Virus record (IMG/VR): IMGVR_UViG_3300029993_000005
Coordinates: 62,001 to 126,000 of that record
Strand: one strand, 5' to 3'
DNA: 64,000 bases
Below the pieces are notes generated by a model. The model saw only the letters and a program-made list of their open reading frames with translations. It did not search any database and had not been told where the DNA came from. The translations under genes were made by a program, and so were the position numbers. Each line of letters begins with the position of its first letter. The first letter of the stretch is position 1. Positions 55,258 to 64,000 of this stretch are shown here, piece by piece.

Positions 55258-56754
55258 ATGGTCACACGAACGACAAAGCCCTATCCTAAATCAGCGGCTA
55301 AGAAAACAATTAAAATGGAAAAACCTGAGAAAGATGCTGTTGACGAGGCTATTGAAAAAATCGTAGGCAAGAAAAGTCCTGCCACGTTTGACCCATATGC
55401 TTTATACACCACTACTATTGACGACATCAGCCGTAGACAAGGCGTTGACTCGGATTTGATGGAGGCCATTGTACCTCTGTCAACCGGCAATCTTATGCTG
55501 GACCTAGTCTATGGCGGCGGTATAAAGCCAGCTATGACGACGCATGCCGGTTGGGAGCAGAGCTGTAAGACCACGGGTGCCCTAACCATCATGGCCTCCG
55601 CAATAAAAGCTAAAATTCCACTGGTCTCACTTTGGGATTTCGAGAATTCAACGGGCAACAGTAAAAAATACGTCGCTAATATTTTGCGTACTGCTGGACT
55701 AAAGGTTTCTGTTGACGATGTATTTGGTAAAAAAGACCCAATGACCGGCAAGTGGTTGATTCAGCCTATGGTTCGTTATCACTCGGAGACTATAGGTGAA
55801 AAGTTTTTCAATTGGTTGTCTGAACTTTTGCGTCAGCTTCCAGACAAGAAATATGTAGCCAAGGAATGGTGGCTTGTTTATGAAGACACAAAAATCAATA
55901 AAACAAGACTGGGTGAACATGCTGTAGCTTCTATGTCCAAGAAATATGGAAAAGGGTTATGGGTGAAGGCTCCAGACGGCAACATGCAAGCTCTAATTAT
56001 GGTTGATAGCTATCCAGCGATGAATCCAGAGTCCAACGACGAGGAAGATTCGGATAGGTCTTTGGGACTCCATGCTCGTATGTTTTCGAAACACCTACCC
56101 AGAGTTAAAGGTAGGCTAGCTAAGAAAATGGTAGCGCTTTTGGGTATCAATCAGATGCGCGATATTCCGATGGTTAAGTATGGGCCAAAAGAACAAGAAC
56201 CTTGCGGCAAAGCTTTGCGTTTTAATTCAGATATCCGTATCAAATGGACTGCCCGTTCGTCTGGGATGCCTTTCAATCCTAAATTTGATACTGAAGAACG
56301 TGTTGAATTCGAACGCTCAATAGTCGATGGTGGCAAAGACCGCTATCGCTATATCCAAGTCCATGGTTTCAAGAACAAGCTGGCTAATCCTAATCGTAAG
56401 GCTTGGCTACGCTTATGGGTCGAGGACGCTACCGGAGAGGCTCGTGGTTTCGATCCCTTCTTTGATACTGCGTCATATCTTCGAGAGACTGGTCAGCTTA
56501 CGGGAAAAAGTCGTCAGTCTATGCAGTTGGATATCAATAGCTTGGGTAAAGCAAAGAAACCAATTGACTGGAAAACTCTGAAATTGTGGATCCTGGGTAC
56601 CAAAGAGGATAAGACAAAGATCAGTATTGCACAGGGCTACAAGGCTATGGACTTGAGACTTTTTTGTTTCAAACAGATGGCTAGCGGTGTAGGTGAAACC
56701 TTGTATGTTGCAAAACGACAGGCTGGCAAAGTTGCTGACTCAGAAGACGAATAG
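55258..56754 (+). CDS. recA: RecA/UvsX-like recombinase
   Basis: LSTGNLMLDLVYGGG, GWEQSCKTT, IMVDSY, INQMRD, CGKALRFNSDIRI, KNKL. Confidence 0.85.
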   Translation: MVTRTTKPYPKSAAKKTIKMEKPEKDAVDEAIEKIVGKKSPATFDPYALYTTTIDDISRRQGVDSDLMEAIVPLSTGNLMLDLVYGGGIKPAMTTHAGWEQSCKTTGALTIMASAIKAKIPLVSLWDFENSTGNSKKYVANILRTAGLKVSVDDVFGKKDPMTGKWLIQPMVRYHSETIGEKFFNWLSELLRQLPDKKYVAKEWWLVYEDTKINKTRLGEHAVASMSKKYGKGLWVKAPDGNMQALIMVDSYPAMNPESNDEEDSDRSLGLHARMFSKHLPRVKGRLAKKMVALLGINQMRDIPMVKYGPKEQEPCGKALRFNSDIRIKWTARSSGMPFNPKFDTEERVEFERSIVDGGKDRYRYIQVHGFKNKLANPNRKAWLRLWVEDATGEARGFDPFFDTASYLRETGQLTGKSRQSMQLDINSLGKAKKPIDWKTLKLWILGTKEDKTKISIAQGYKAMDLRLFCFKQMASGVGETLYVAKRQAGKVADSEDE

Positions 56755-56790
56755 TTAAGAGTTAAGAATTAAAAATTAAGAAATAAGGAA

Positions 56791-57558
56791 TTGAAAATGC
56801 AGAACAGCAAGAATTCAGTTGTCCTATCAACAGTTAGTGAAGAAAATGACGCCGATGATCTGCTGTCTGCACTTTCTACGATGGGGACGTCAATCCCCAA
56901 AAACAAACAGAAAAACATCAAGACTGTAAACTCAGTTCATGAGGAAGCAGCCAGACTAAACAAGGACTCCCTCTCTGACGAGTCTGAGTTCTCTACCTCA
57001 GGCCTATCCGTAGACCTGTCAAAAAAGAAATCAAAGTTCTTTTTTAGGGTCACTGAGTCTTTTGAAGAGGAAATGGCACGTCGTCAAAAGGACCTAGAGG
57101 ATTCACGTGATCCCGGTCTAGTTAATCTAGACGCTGAGGTTGATCTAAGGAAAGAGAAATACAGTAAAGAGCTGCCACCTAAGCTCCAACGTAATATTGT
57201 GGCTGTTCGCGAATTCTTTTTGAAAGAAATAGGTCCCTTGTCCCTAGCTGCGGGTGCGGGTTCAATACAGGCCCGAGAGGTCATGCAGCGAACATTGAAC
57301 GCACCTGTTGGTGAGCAGGCATTCGCCCAGTTTGAAAGGATGTTGAACTCGGCTAATACGATCAAGATGGCACGATTCATCACCAAATATACAGGCCTAT
57401 CAATTAATGAAGCACCTAGTTTAGTGGCATCTATTGCACCTAAGAAAGAAGCTTATTTCTTTCCTAATCAACCACCAGACGAGCGCAGAGTCAAGGCCAA
57501 GACCCAGCCTATCCAAGAAGCCAAGAAAGGTGAGTCCAAGGTTGAAATAGAGGACTAA
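56791..57558 (+). CDS. hypothetical protein upstream of TerL
   Basis: 255 aa, TAAGGA RBS. Confidence 0.65.
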   Translation: MKMQNSKNSVVLSTVSEENDADDLLSALSTMGTSIPKNKQKNIKTVNSVHEEAARLNKDSLSDESEFSTSGLSVDLSKKKSKFFFRVTESFEEEMARRQKDLEDSRDPGLVNLDAEVDLRKEKYSKELPPKLQRNIVAVREFFLKEIGPLSLAAGAGSIQAREVMQRTLNAPVGEQAFAQFERMLNSANTIKMARFITKYTGLSINEAPSLVASIAPKKEAYFFPNQPPDERRVKAKTQPIQEAKKGESKVEIED

Positions 57559-57560
57559 TT

Positions 57561-59816
57561 ATGATCAGGGAAAACTTCAATAATGTAGAGGCAGCAACTG
57601 ATCGCTTATTGGCAGCTAAAGCCGATCAATTCTTTCCCGGCTTGTTGTCTCAAGCGGAACTCCAGGCCGTCCATGACCGAAGGCTCAAGAAAGAACAGAT
57701 TAAGGCAAAGAAAGAAGGGCGCAAGATCAGGACCAAGGATTTTAAGGACTTAAATGCTGATCTTTATATAATACGTAAGGGGGGTTTAGACGACGCAGGT
57801 AACGCCGTTGACGATTTCGATATCGCAAAATATATGTTAGATGCTGAGGATCCTGCTACAGGCACTATACGTGATCTGAAGATCGATACTAGGCAACTCA
57901 AACACGCAAAGAACTACTACGACTTCACGATGAATATCTTGGGACCTGATGCTCCCAAATATAGTATTCCGTGGTCTCGTCAAATGTGGACAGGTCTCAT
58001 ACTATTCGGCGAAGTATGTCCCTGTTGCAGTGACAAGCGCGTATTTGACATTCACAATATTCCGAAGACCCTGCATCCAGAAAAGCTTTTGAAGTCAATG
58101 AAGCTTTTGGAATACGGAATATGTCCTAAATGCAAACGTCACAAATGGGATTTGATAAAAAATCATGGACTAAAAAACTATCAAGAACTGGTAAATGTGC
58201 TGGGCCAACGTAGCGGCAAATCGAGTGGAGCCGCAGGCTATTTTGCTTATAGCACGCATCAATATTTAATGTTTCCCAGCATTGCTGAGTTGGTGCCCAA
58301 CATCATGCAGGCCTCTACTCAGTTGACGTGTACCATGGTCAGCCTGAACTTTAACAAAGCTGTTGGTGTACTATGGGTTCCCTTCAAAAGAATTATTGAG
58401 GCCAGCTCGTGGTTTCAAGATTATTTCTCGATTTTGAAAGCTGAGAAACAAAGAACCGGAGTTGAACTCTATCATTCATCCTCTTTGTACTTAACGTTCC
58501 AGCACAGGAACATGAAGTTTTATCCTTCGGGGCCTAATTCAACTACCCTTCGAGGCGATAGCCGGTTCGCTGCAGGCCTAGACGAATTGGGGTTGTTCCC
58601 GCTGCCAAAAGGTAACGATGAAGAGGATGAACAGAGTGAACGTGCAAATGCGGATGAAGCGCATAAATCACTTACCAATAGTCTGACCACTGTCCAAGGT
58701 GCTGTTCTTCAACTTCTGCAGCAGGGTTATAGTTCGGCTCCAGCCTCGTTAATGTTAAGCGTTAGTTCACCCTACAGTAAGCGCGATAAGATCATGCGTT
58801 TATTGGCTGAATCACGAACCGAGGTTGGCTCGCAGTACATGCTGGGTGTCAATCTTCCCACTTGGGAAATGCACCCGACATGGGGGCGTGACCACCCGGT
58901 AATTGTCAGAGCTTACAATTCGAATCCTGAAAAGGCCGAGCGTGACTTTGGAGCCAATCCACCATCAGTTCATTCCCGATTCATGAACCCGAATCTGGTT
59001 AAAGAAGAGGTGTTCGTCAACGGCAATAACAGTCATAACTTCATCTACAAATATGACAGGCCTGATGAGATATATGGAACGGTTGAAAAAATCCGCACCT
59101 TTAAATATCCGGGATTGGTCACTATCGATGCTGGGGCAGTAGACAATTCATTTACGCTGACAGGTGGACACTACGATTTTGATACAGGTAAATCGGTGTG
59201 TACGACAATTGTTGAGTGCATGCCTCAAGAAGGGCGACGTGTGAATTTCAACATGATGTATCAGTACATCATATTACCCATGTTAAAAGACCTAAATGCT
59301 GTAGCCCTATTAGCCGATCAATGGCAGTCGATTGACATATTGAATCGAGCCCAGGACGACATGAAAAATAATCCTAACGGAAAGCCTAGATGTAGGGCCC
59401 GGCAGTACAGTCCTAGACGCAAGGACTTTGATGGAACTGTAGCCATGTTGAGAAACAAAAATATAATATGCCCAACAGTCACAGTCCTTGATATGACTCG
59501 CATTTGCAATGGTGAGATTGATAATTTCAAGACCGAAATGATCAACAAACCAGTTCAACATTTAGTACTACAAATGACTACTGTTCGTGATGTTGGGCCT
59601 ACACGTTGTCCAGAAAAGGGCGAGAACCAAACCGATGATATTTGGCGTGCGTTTGTTTTATGGGCTGCAAAACTGCATGATCCGAAAATCATGGAACGTT
59701 TAGTCGAGGCCAAAGACTGGAAATACGATGGTTCAGGTGGTCAACGTGCTGCCCCAGCCGCTGTATTTGTTGGACGATCATCTGGAGGTTTCAGACCAAT
59801 GAACGGATTGCGCTGA
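57561..59816 (+). CDS. terL: terminase large subunit
   Basis: LGQRSGKSS (Walker A), AGLDELG (Walker B), VSSP, VTIDAG (RNase H-like), DQWQS, TDD. Confidence 0.85.
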   Translation: MIRENFNNVEAATDRLLAAKADQFFPGLLSQAELQAVHDRRLKKEQIKAKKEGRKIRTKDFKDLNADLYIIRKGGLDDAGNAVDDFDIAKYMLDAEDPATGTIRDLKIDTRQLKHAKNYYDFTMNILGPDAPKYSIPWSRQMWTGLILFGEVCPCCSDKRVFDIHNIPKTLHPEKLLKSMKLLEYGICPKCKRHKWDLIKNHGLKNYQELVNVLGQRSGKSSGAAGYFAYSTHQYLMFPSIAELVPNIMQASTQLTCTMVSLNFNKAVGVLWVPFKRIIEASSWFQDYFSILKAEKQRTGVELYHSSSLYLTFQHRNMKFYPSGPNSTTLRGDSRFAAGLDELGLFPLPKGNDEEDEQSERANADEAHKSLTNSLTTVQGAVLQLLQQGYSSAPASLMLSVSSPYSKRDKIMRLLAESRTEVGSQYMLGVNLPTWEMHPTWGRDHPVIVRAYNSNPEKAERDFGANPPSVHSRFMNPNLVKEEVFVNGNNSHNFIYKYDRPDEIYGTVEKIRTFKYPGLVTIDAGAVDNSFTLTGGHYDFDTGKSVCTTIVECMPQEGRRVNFNMMYQYIILPMLKDLNAVALLADQWQSIDILNRAQDDMKNNPNGKPRCRARQYSPRRKDFDGTVAMLRNKNIICPTVTVLDMTRICNGEIDNFKTEMINKPVQHLVLQMTTVRDVGPTRCPEKGENQTDDIWRAFVLWAAKLHDPKIMERLVEAKDWKYDGSGGQRAAPAAVFVGRSSGGFRPMNGLR

Positions 59817-59869
59817 ACTACTTTTAATTGAGGGCCTGCAATTTTATGGCATATGTAGGAGAATTATAA

Positions 59870-60502
59870 ATGCCGAAGAAAAGCGGTCCGAAAAAGGAAC
59901 GAAAGCCTAATGATAGTTATGTAATACCTAATATTAGACTGAAGTCCACAACTAAAAGAATTCTCGCAATTGACCCAGGTTCTCGCAACATGGCTATTTC
60001 AGTAGTAGCCCTAAACGAAGAGCTCAAACTAGCAGTGGTTGCCAACTCTTTGATGACCAACACCATACATGATTTAACGGTGTTTGGTCTTCAAAGAGAT
60101 GCTTTTCTAAAAGAAATTGATGCTTGGATTACCCATTATAAACCTGATGGAATTGTGATCGAAAGATTTCAAACACGAGGACTCCAAGGTCCATTAATAG
60201 AACAAGTTTCCATCATGTTGGGGCTAATTGCTGGCAGCTACCCGCGTATACCCATCAAGCTCATCACGGCATCTACGTGGAAAAATAAATTTCATCGTAG
60301 GTTCAAGGACCGAGAATTATTGTTAGACGATCTGTACAAGGTGTGTAAGACCACGCCCCATCAACTAGATGCCTGTCTAATCGGCGTCTATGGCCTAGAG
60401 GTAGGCTTGAATTCGGATATTGACTACGACCCAGCACTAATCATTAAGAAAGCTGAGAACTCATCCTTAATCAAGCTAGTTGCGAGGAAAGCCCGACGAT
60501 GA
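59870..60502 (+). CDS. RuvC-like Holliday junction resolvase
   Basis: ILAIDPGSRN, IVIERFQ, ASTWKN, HQLDA. Confidence 0.8.
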   Translation: MPKKSGPKKERKPNDSYVIPNIRLKSTTKRILAIDPGSRNMAISVVALNEELKLAVVANSLMTNTIHDLTVFGLQRDAFLKEIDAWITHYKPDGIVIERFQTRGLQGPLIEQVSIMLGLIAGSYPRIPIKLITASTWKNKFHRRFKDRELLLDDLYKVCKTTPHQLDACLIGVYGLEVGLNSDIDYDPALIIKKAENSSLIKLVARKARR

Positions 60503-60840
60503 TTTCTTACTTAGCCGTCCAGATAGCTGCACAATTAGAATACCGTTATGTGCATTGCGTAGTCTTAAAACCTGGTGAAACTCCCAATCACGAACTCAAC
60601 GGAGAATCAATTAAACCGTCAGAGTTCAAATGGCAAATACTTGTGGACGACAGTCCGACGGATGAGAAAGTTATTCAGTCCGTGGTATCTGACATCATGC
60701 ATAGGATCTCCGTCCTGTGTCGTACAAAAATAGGTGGGTGCTTGGCTTCCGTTACGTTGAGAAATCTAGAGATTTCGGCCTTAACTGATGACCGAAATAG
60801 TTTGTTGGTTACGGCTGAATTAAGCGTGACTGCCATCTGA
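60499..60840 (+). CDS. hypothetical protein
   Basis: 113 aa, overlap-coupled. Confidence 0.55.
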   Translation: MISYLAVQIAAQLEYRYVHCVVLKPGETPNHELNGESIKPSEFKWQILVDDSPTDEKVIQSVVSDIMHRISVLCRTKIGGCLASVTLRNLEISALTDDRNSLLVTAELSVTAI

Positions 60841-60853
60841 ACAAGGATTAAAA

Positions 60854-61117
60854 ATGAAACAAATCCCACAGGCTTTTATTCAGGCCTCAGCAACAGTCAG
60901 CGAAAAGAAAATTCAGGTCGAGGCCAAAGCCAAAATTAAGGCTGAGGTCCAGGACCCAATCAAGGTGCAGGCACGTATTGACATGAGTGCGGAGGTAGCT
61001 GGTCGCGGACTATGTCCAGAATGCAAGAAGCCAATGACGCGCACCAACAGCAATGGCATTCCTATTCTATCATGTGACGAACATCGTATAGCTGTGCCTG
61101 TACCTGACGAGGCCTGA
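60854..61117 (+). CDS. small zinc-ribbon protein
   Basis: CPECKKPM...CDEH. Confidence 0.6.
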   Translation: MKQIPQAFIQASATVSEKKIQVEAKAKIKAEVQDPIKVQARIDMSAEVAGRGLCPECKKPMTRTNSNGIPILSCDEHRIAVPVPDEA

Positions 61118-61161
61118 TGGAACAACGTCGTAATCATAGTTAAAATAATAAGGAGCACTTA

Positions 61162-62004
61162 ATGCTCAATAACAAGAAACCCGATATGTCGTTTGATATC
61201 AGGAACCCTTCCCAAGGCCAGGAATCAAAGCGCGACCCCAAATCGAGTACAGATTCCAAGTCTCAGTCGGAAAAGAATTCAAAAAAATCTAAGCCAGAGG
61301 AAAAACGCGCTAGATCCACTTTTGAAGATGACGAAGAGGTCTATGATAGGCCTAAACCACCCAAACCTAAACGTAGGCTTAGGTCAAAGAATGCTGAAGA
61401 TGCACCCACATCAGTAGCTACGGTAAAGCCCAAAAGACCTAGGGCCTCAATTACGACGGCTTCAGTCACCAATGTTGTGAGCACGGGTGCAGGCACCCGT
61501 AGAAGTTCACGCTTAAGTAAAGGTGCTAGATCATCTATTGTTGGTGAGGACGCTGAAGCACTCCAGCAACTGCTAGAAGACGGTGATAGCGACTCAGCAA
61601 TAACGATGCTGAACAAGCGCTTGATACAAACGTGTATTGACCTGATATCTGAAGTGGAAGCGGGTATCCGTGAAAGCCAGGGGCGCTACGGTGTTCATTC
61701 GTTCAACGGATTAATTCAGTCTATCCGCGAACTGATGATTGATCTTCAAGCAACTCAGGATCGAGGGGCTATAGGTGTCAATCTTGTAGAATCCGTTATT
61801 CGTCCGGCTATGCAAGAAATAGCGATGTCCATCATGAAAGAATATCAATTACTGTACGACGATCTGAAATCCATAGGCATAAGCCAAGAACAATTGGTGT
61901 CGTTCAAAAAAGTCCAGATCGATAGTCGGACTCGTATTGGATCCTCTGTTCAAGATACCTATGAACGTATGAAACAAGAAGCTATTCAATTCCTACAGAG
62001 ATGA
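61162..62004 (+). CDS. hypothetical protein (basic disordered N-terminus, helical C-terminus)
   Basis: 280 aa, AAGGAG RBS. Confidence 0.65.
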   Translation: MLNNKKPDMSFDIRNPSQGQESKRDPKSSTDSKSQSEKNSKKSKPEEKRARSTFEDDEEVYDRPKPPKPKRRLRSKNAEDAPTSVATVKPKRPRASITTASVTNVVSTGAGTRRSSRLSKGARSSIVGEDAEALQQLLEDGDSDSAITMLNKRLIQTCIDLISEVEAGIRESQGRYGVHSFNGLIQSIRELMIDLQATQDRGAIGVNLVESVIRPAMQEIAMSIMKEYQLLYDDLKSIGISQEQLVSFKKVQIDSRTRIGSSVQDTYERMKQEAIQFLQR

Positions 62005-62507
62005 GTACACCAAATGTATCAACCGTTCCAATTACTCCAATCCCTCCTAAACTACCACTAACTGCGGCCGAAATAAAGGCTGTTGTTATTCAGTATTGCT
62101 TAGACAAGAATATGGCGGTTAACGCAGAAGTAGGGTTGTGCAAATATGGAAAACTAAGGGCTGACATACTAGCCCTGACCTTTGCTGGTGACACTACGGT
62201 AATAGAAATTAAAAGCTCAGTTTCTGATTTCAAATCAGACAAGAAATGGCATAACTACTTGCCATTCGCAAATAAATTTTATTTTGCAATGAGTCCTGAG
62301 GTCTACGCCAAAGTGCAGGACTCAATACCAAAAGAAGATGGTATTGGTGTCATGTTGATTACACAAGCAACTCATACTTACGGCAAACCTAGATTGCATA
62401 TAGAACGCAAATCCAAGCATAAAGAAATAGAAGCTAGCATCAATATTGAGCTGATAATTAGACTGGCGTTCCGCAATGCTATGTTCAATCGCCTACACCG
62501 GAAATAG
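62001..62507 (+). CDS. MmcB-like PD-(D/E)XK nuclease
   Basis: RADILAL...IEIKSSVSDFKSDKKWHNYLPFANKFYF. Confidence 0.8.
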   Translation: MSTPNVSTVPITPIPPKLPLTAAEIKAVVIQYCLDKNMAVNAEVGLCKYGKLRADILALTFAGDTTVIEIKSSVSDFKSDKKWHNYLPFANKFYFAMSPEVYAKVQDSIPKEDGIGVMLITQATHTYGKPRLHIERKSKHKEIEASINIELIIRLAFRNAMFNRLHRK

Positions 62508-62522
62508 AGGACTCAAATATTC

Positions 62523-64000
62523 ATGAGTACCAAGCCAGAGGCTTATGCGCGTGATCTAACCTGTGTCTATTGTGGTGGATCCTTGCCGGAAACTCATTCA
62601 GCCTATTCTAAGTTGAGCAAGTACACCAAGGTAAAGACTGGTAACAAGTTGGCATTTTGTTGTTTGAGTCATGCTACGTTGTTCAACAATGCAAAGCGAA
62701 CTCCTGAACAATTAGCCGATATTGGTGCAAAGACAAGTGCTGCACGTAGCAAACCAATACCAGCACACGATCTAAAATGTAATCATTGCGGCACCCCTAT
62801 ACATCTAGGTCACAAAGCCTACAAAACAATAGGTGCCTATAACAAAGCAAAGGCTGGATTAATCAACGTCTTTTGCAGTCTTAATCATGCTCAGCTTTAT
62901 ATCAATGAGCATCGTACCCACCAACAGAAACTCAAACGTAGGTCCACCATTTCTACTGGCTGTGTACAAAATGATAGTTCTAGCCAACGCCATGAGACAA
63001 TGAAGAACCGGGGTTCTTATAACCAGAGCAAGCCTGAACTAAGAATTTTTCATAAGCTGCGTCGAGTATTGCCGAACTTAGAATATCAGTATAGGAAGCG
63101 TGAGGGCTATCCCTATGCCGCTGATTTTTACGACCCCGACTCAGATACTATATTTGAGTATCAGGGCTTCATGACGCACGGTGGTGCTCCCTATGACTCT
63201 CAATCGTCCGAACATGCGTTAAGGGTCAAGCAGTTAAAACTCAGGGCCAAGACCGATAAATGGCTTGCTAAATTAACCTTAAAGATATGGACTAGTAGCG
63301 ATCCGCAGAAACGAGCGGCTATTCGTAAATCCAATATCAACTTTGTTGAATGGTTTACTGAGGAACAGTTTGAGACCTGGTATTCGACATTCCTTGCTCA
63401 ACACCTTGGCTCCGATAAATCAAAAGGACTGGCCTACAAATTTGGATCTCAAGTACTGTGTGCTTACGACGAGCTATTACGTGCCCGCCTATTGAATAAG
63501 TACCCTGATCTTATAACATTCTATCCCTGGGAAGACGTCAACAAGGTGGCTAAACTTCTGCTACCAAAAGACGTAATGTACGCTCGTAAATTAGAGGTGT
63601 GCGTAATACCCAACGATATAGCTGATCAATTCTGTGCCAAATATCACGTGCAGGGTAAATGTCGGGGAACTACTCTATCTATAGCTTTGGTTCAAGGACA
63701 TAGAATAATTGGGGCCATGACCTTTGGGACCCCTCGGTATAACAAGAATTTCGACTATGAATTATTACGCTTGTGTTTCAGCTCAGCCATAGTCGGCGGG
63801 TCCTCTAGAATGTGGAAACTCGCAGTCTCCAAATTAGGCAACCCTTCAGTAATATCCTATTGTGATCTCTCCAAATTTAACGGTAACGTTTATAGACAAT
63901 TAGGTTTCAAGCTCAAGAGAACCCCAATCCCAGGTCTTCATTGGTATAACCCGCTAAATGGACGCCATGTAACTGATAACCTATTACGTCAACGAGGATT
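62523..64000 (+). CDS. Hef-like homing endonuclease with N-terminal Zn fingers (runs off the window)
   Basis: not in ORF track; open from ATG 62523 to the end; CxxC...FC x2, ADFY...IFEYQG, YARKLEV, HVQG, MTFGTPR, YELLRLC, VGGSSR, ISYCD. Confidence 0.75.
   Translation, partial: MSTKPEAYARDLTCVYCGGSLPETHSAYSKLSKYTKVKTGNKLAFCCLSHATLFNNAKRTPEQLADIGAKTSAARSKPIPAHDLKCNHCGTPIHLGHKAYKTIGAYNKAKAGLINVFCSLNHAQLYINEHRTHQQKLKRRSTISTGCVQNDSSSQRHETMKNRGSYNQSKPELRIFHKLRRVLPNLEYQYRKREGYPYAADFYDPDSDTIFEYQGFMTHGGAPYDSQSSEHALRVKQLKLRAKTDKWLAKLTLKIWTSSDPQKRAAIRKSNINFVEWFTEEQFETWYSTFLAQHLGSDKSKGLAYKFGSQVLCAYDELLRARLLNKYPDLITFYPWEDVNKVAKLLLPKDVMYARKLEVCVIPNDIADQFCAKYHVQGKCRGTTLSIALVQGHRIIGAMTFGTPRYNKNFDYELLRLCFSSAIVGGSSRMWKLAVSKLGNPSVISYCDLSKFNGNVYRQLGFKLKRTPIPGLHWYNPLNGRHVTDNLLRQRG

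Noticed and set aside
36805-59816. Introns or inteins in pol, primase, RecA or TerL
   Set aside because: All are continuous ORFs with expected motif order; no intein terminal motifs or intron-sized gaps seen.
61162-62004. Terminase small subunit call for 61162..62004 or 56791..57558
   Set aside because: Only position and helical character support it; no diagnostic motif.
1-64000. Genome-wide stop-codon reassignment suggested by two interrupted genes
   Set aside because: The two cases use different stops (TAG, TGA); both codons end many tightly coupled genes correctly, and long conserved genes (pol, TerL, helicases) have no internal stops.
1-64000. Nucleus-forming jumbo phage hallmarks (multisubunit RNAP, PhuZ, shell protein)
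   Set aside because: None recognisable in this window; a sigma-like factor and host-type promoters point to host RNAP use, though the rest of the genome is unseen.

Overview
This is a 64-kb segment of a large, jumbo-like dsDNA tailed phage genome. An Rz/Rz1-like spanin pair points to a Gram-negative host. Genes at 1-2822 read leftward and include an SbcD/Mre11-like nuclease cut by the window edge. A ~1-kb repeat-rich non-coding divergence region follows (candidate origin or invertible element), and every gene I accept from 3877 to the end is on the + strand. In order: SF2-helicase-like protein, RyR-domain protein, ThyX, an amber-interrupted DNA MTase, then a ~21-kb accessory region (DUF262, 3-4 GNATs, ATP-grasp, two gp49/Acb4-like paralogs, second MTase, BCS1-like AAA+, DUF4419, paralog arrays, Rmf-like peptide). 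Next come a tRNA(CAU) and a tRNA-Glu-like RNA with a collapsed anticodon arm, then GT-D and GT-B glycosyltransferases. The replication block has a Dda/RecD-like helicase, DEDDh exonuclease, family A DNA polymerase and primase, followed by spanins, a zincin, an ART-like protein, UDP-galactopyranose mutase, a sulfotransferase, DUF1599 and a PNK-like phosphatase. The core block has a sigma70-like factor apparently lacking region 4, a gp32-like SSB with a long charge-block tail, RecA/UvsX, TerL, RuvC-like and MmcB-like nucleases and a Hef-like endonuclease. An AGTAAATA box recurs upstream of genes on both strands and is a candidate late promoter. All family assignments come from motif recognition by eye; no database search was run.
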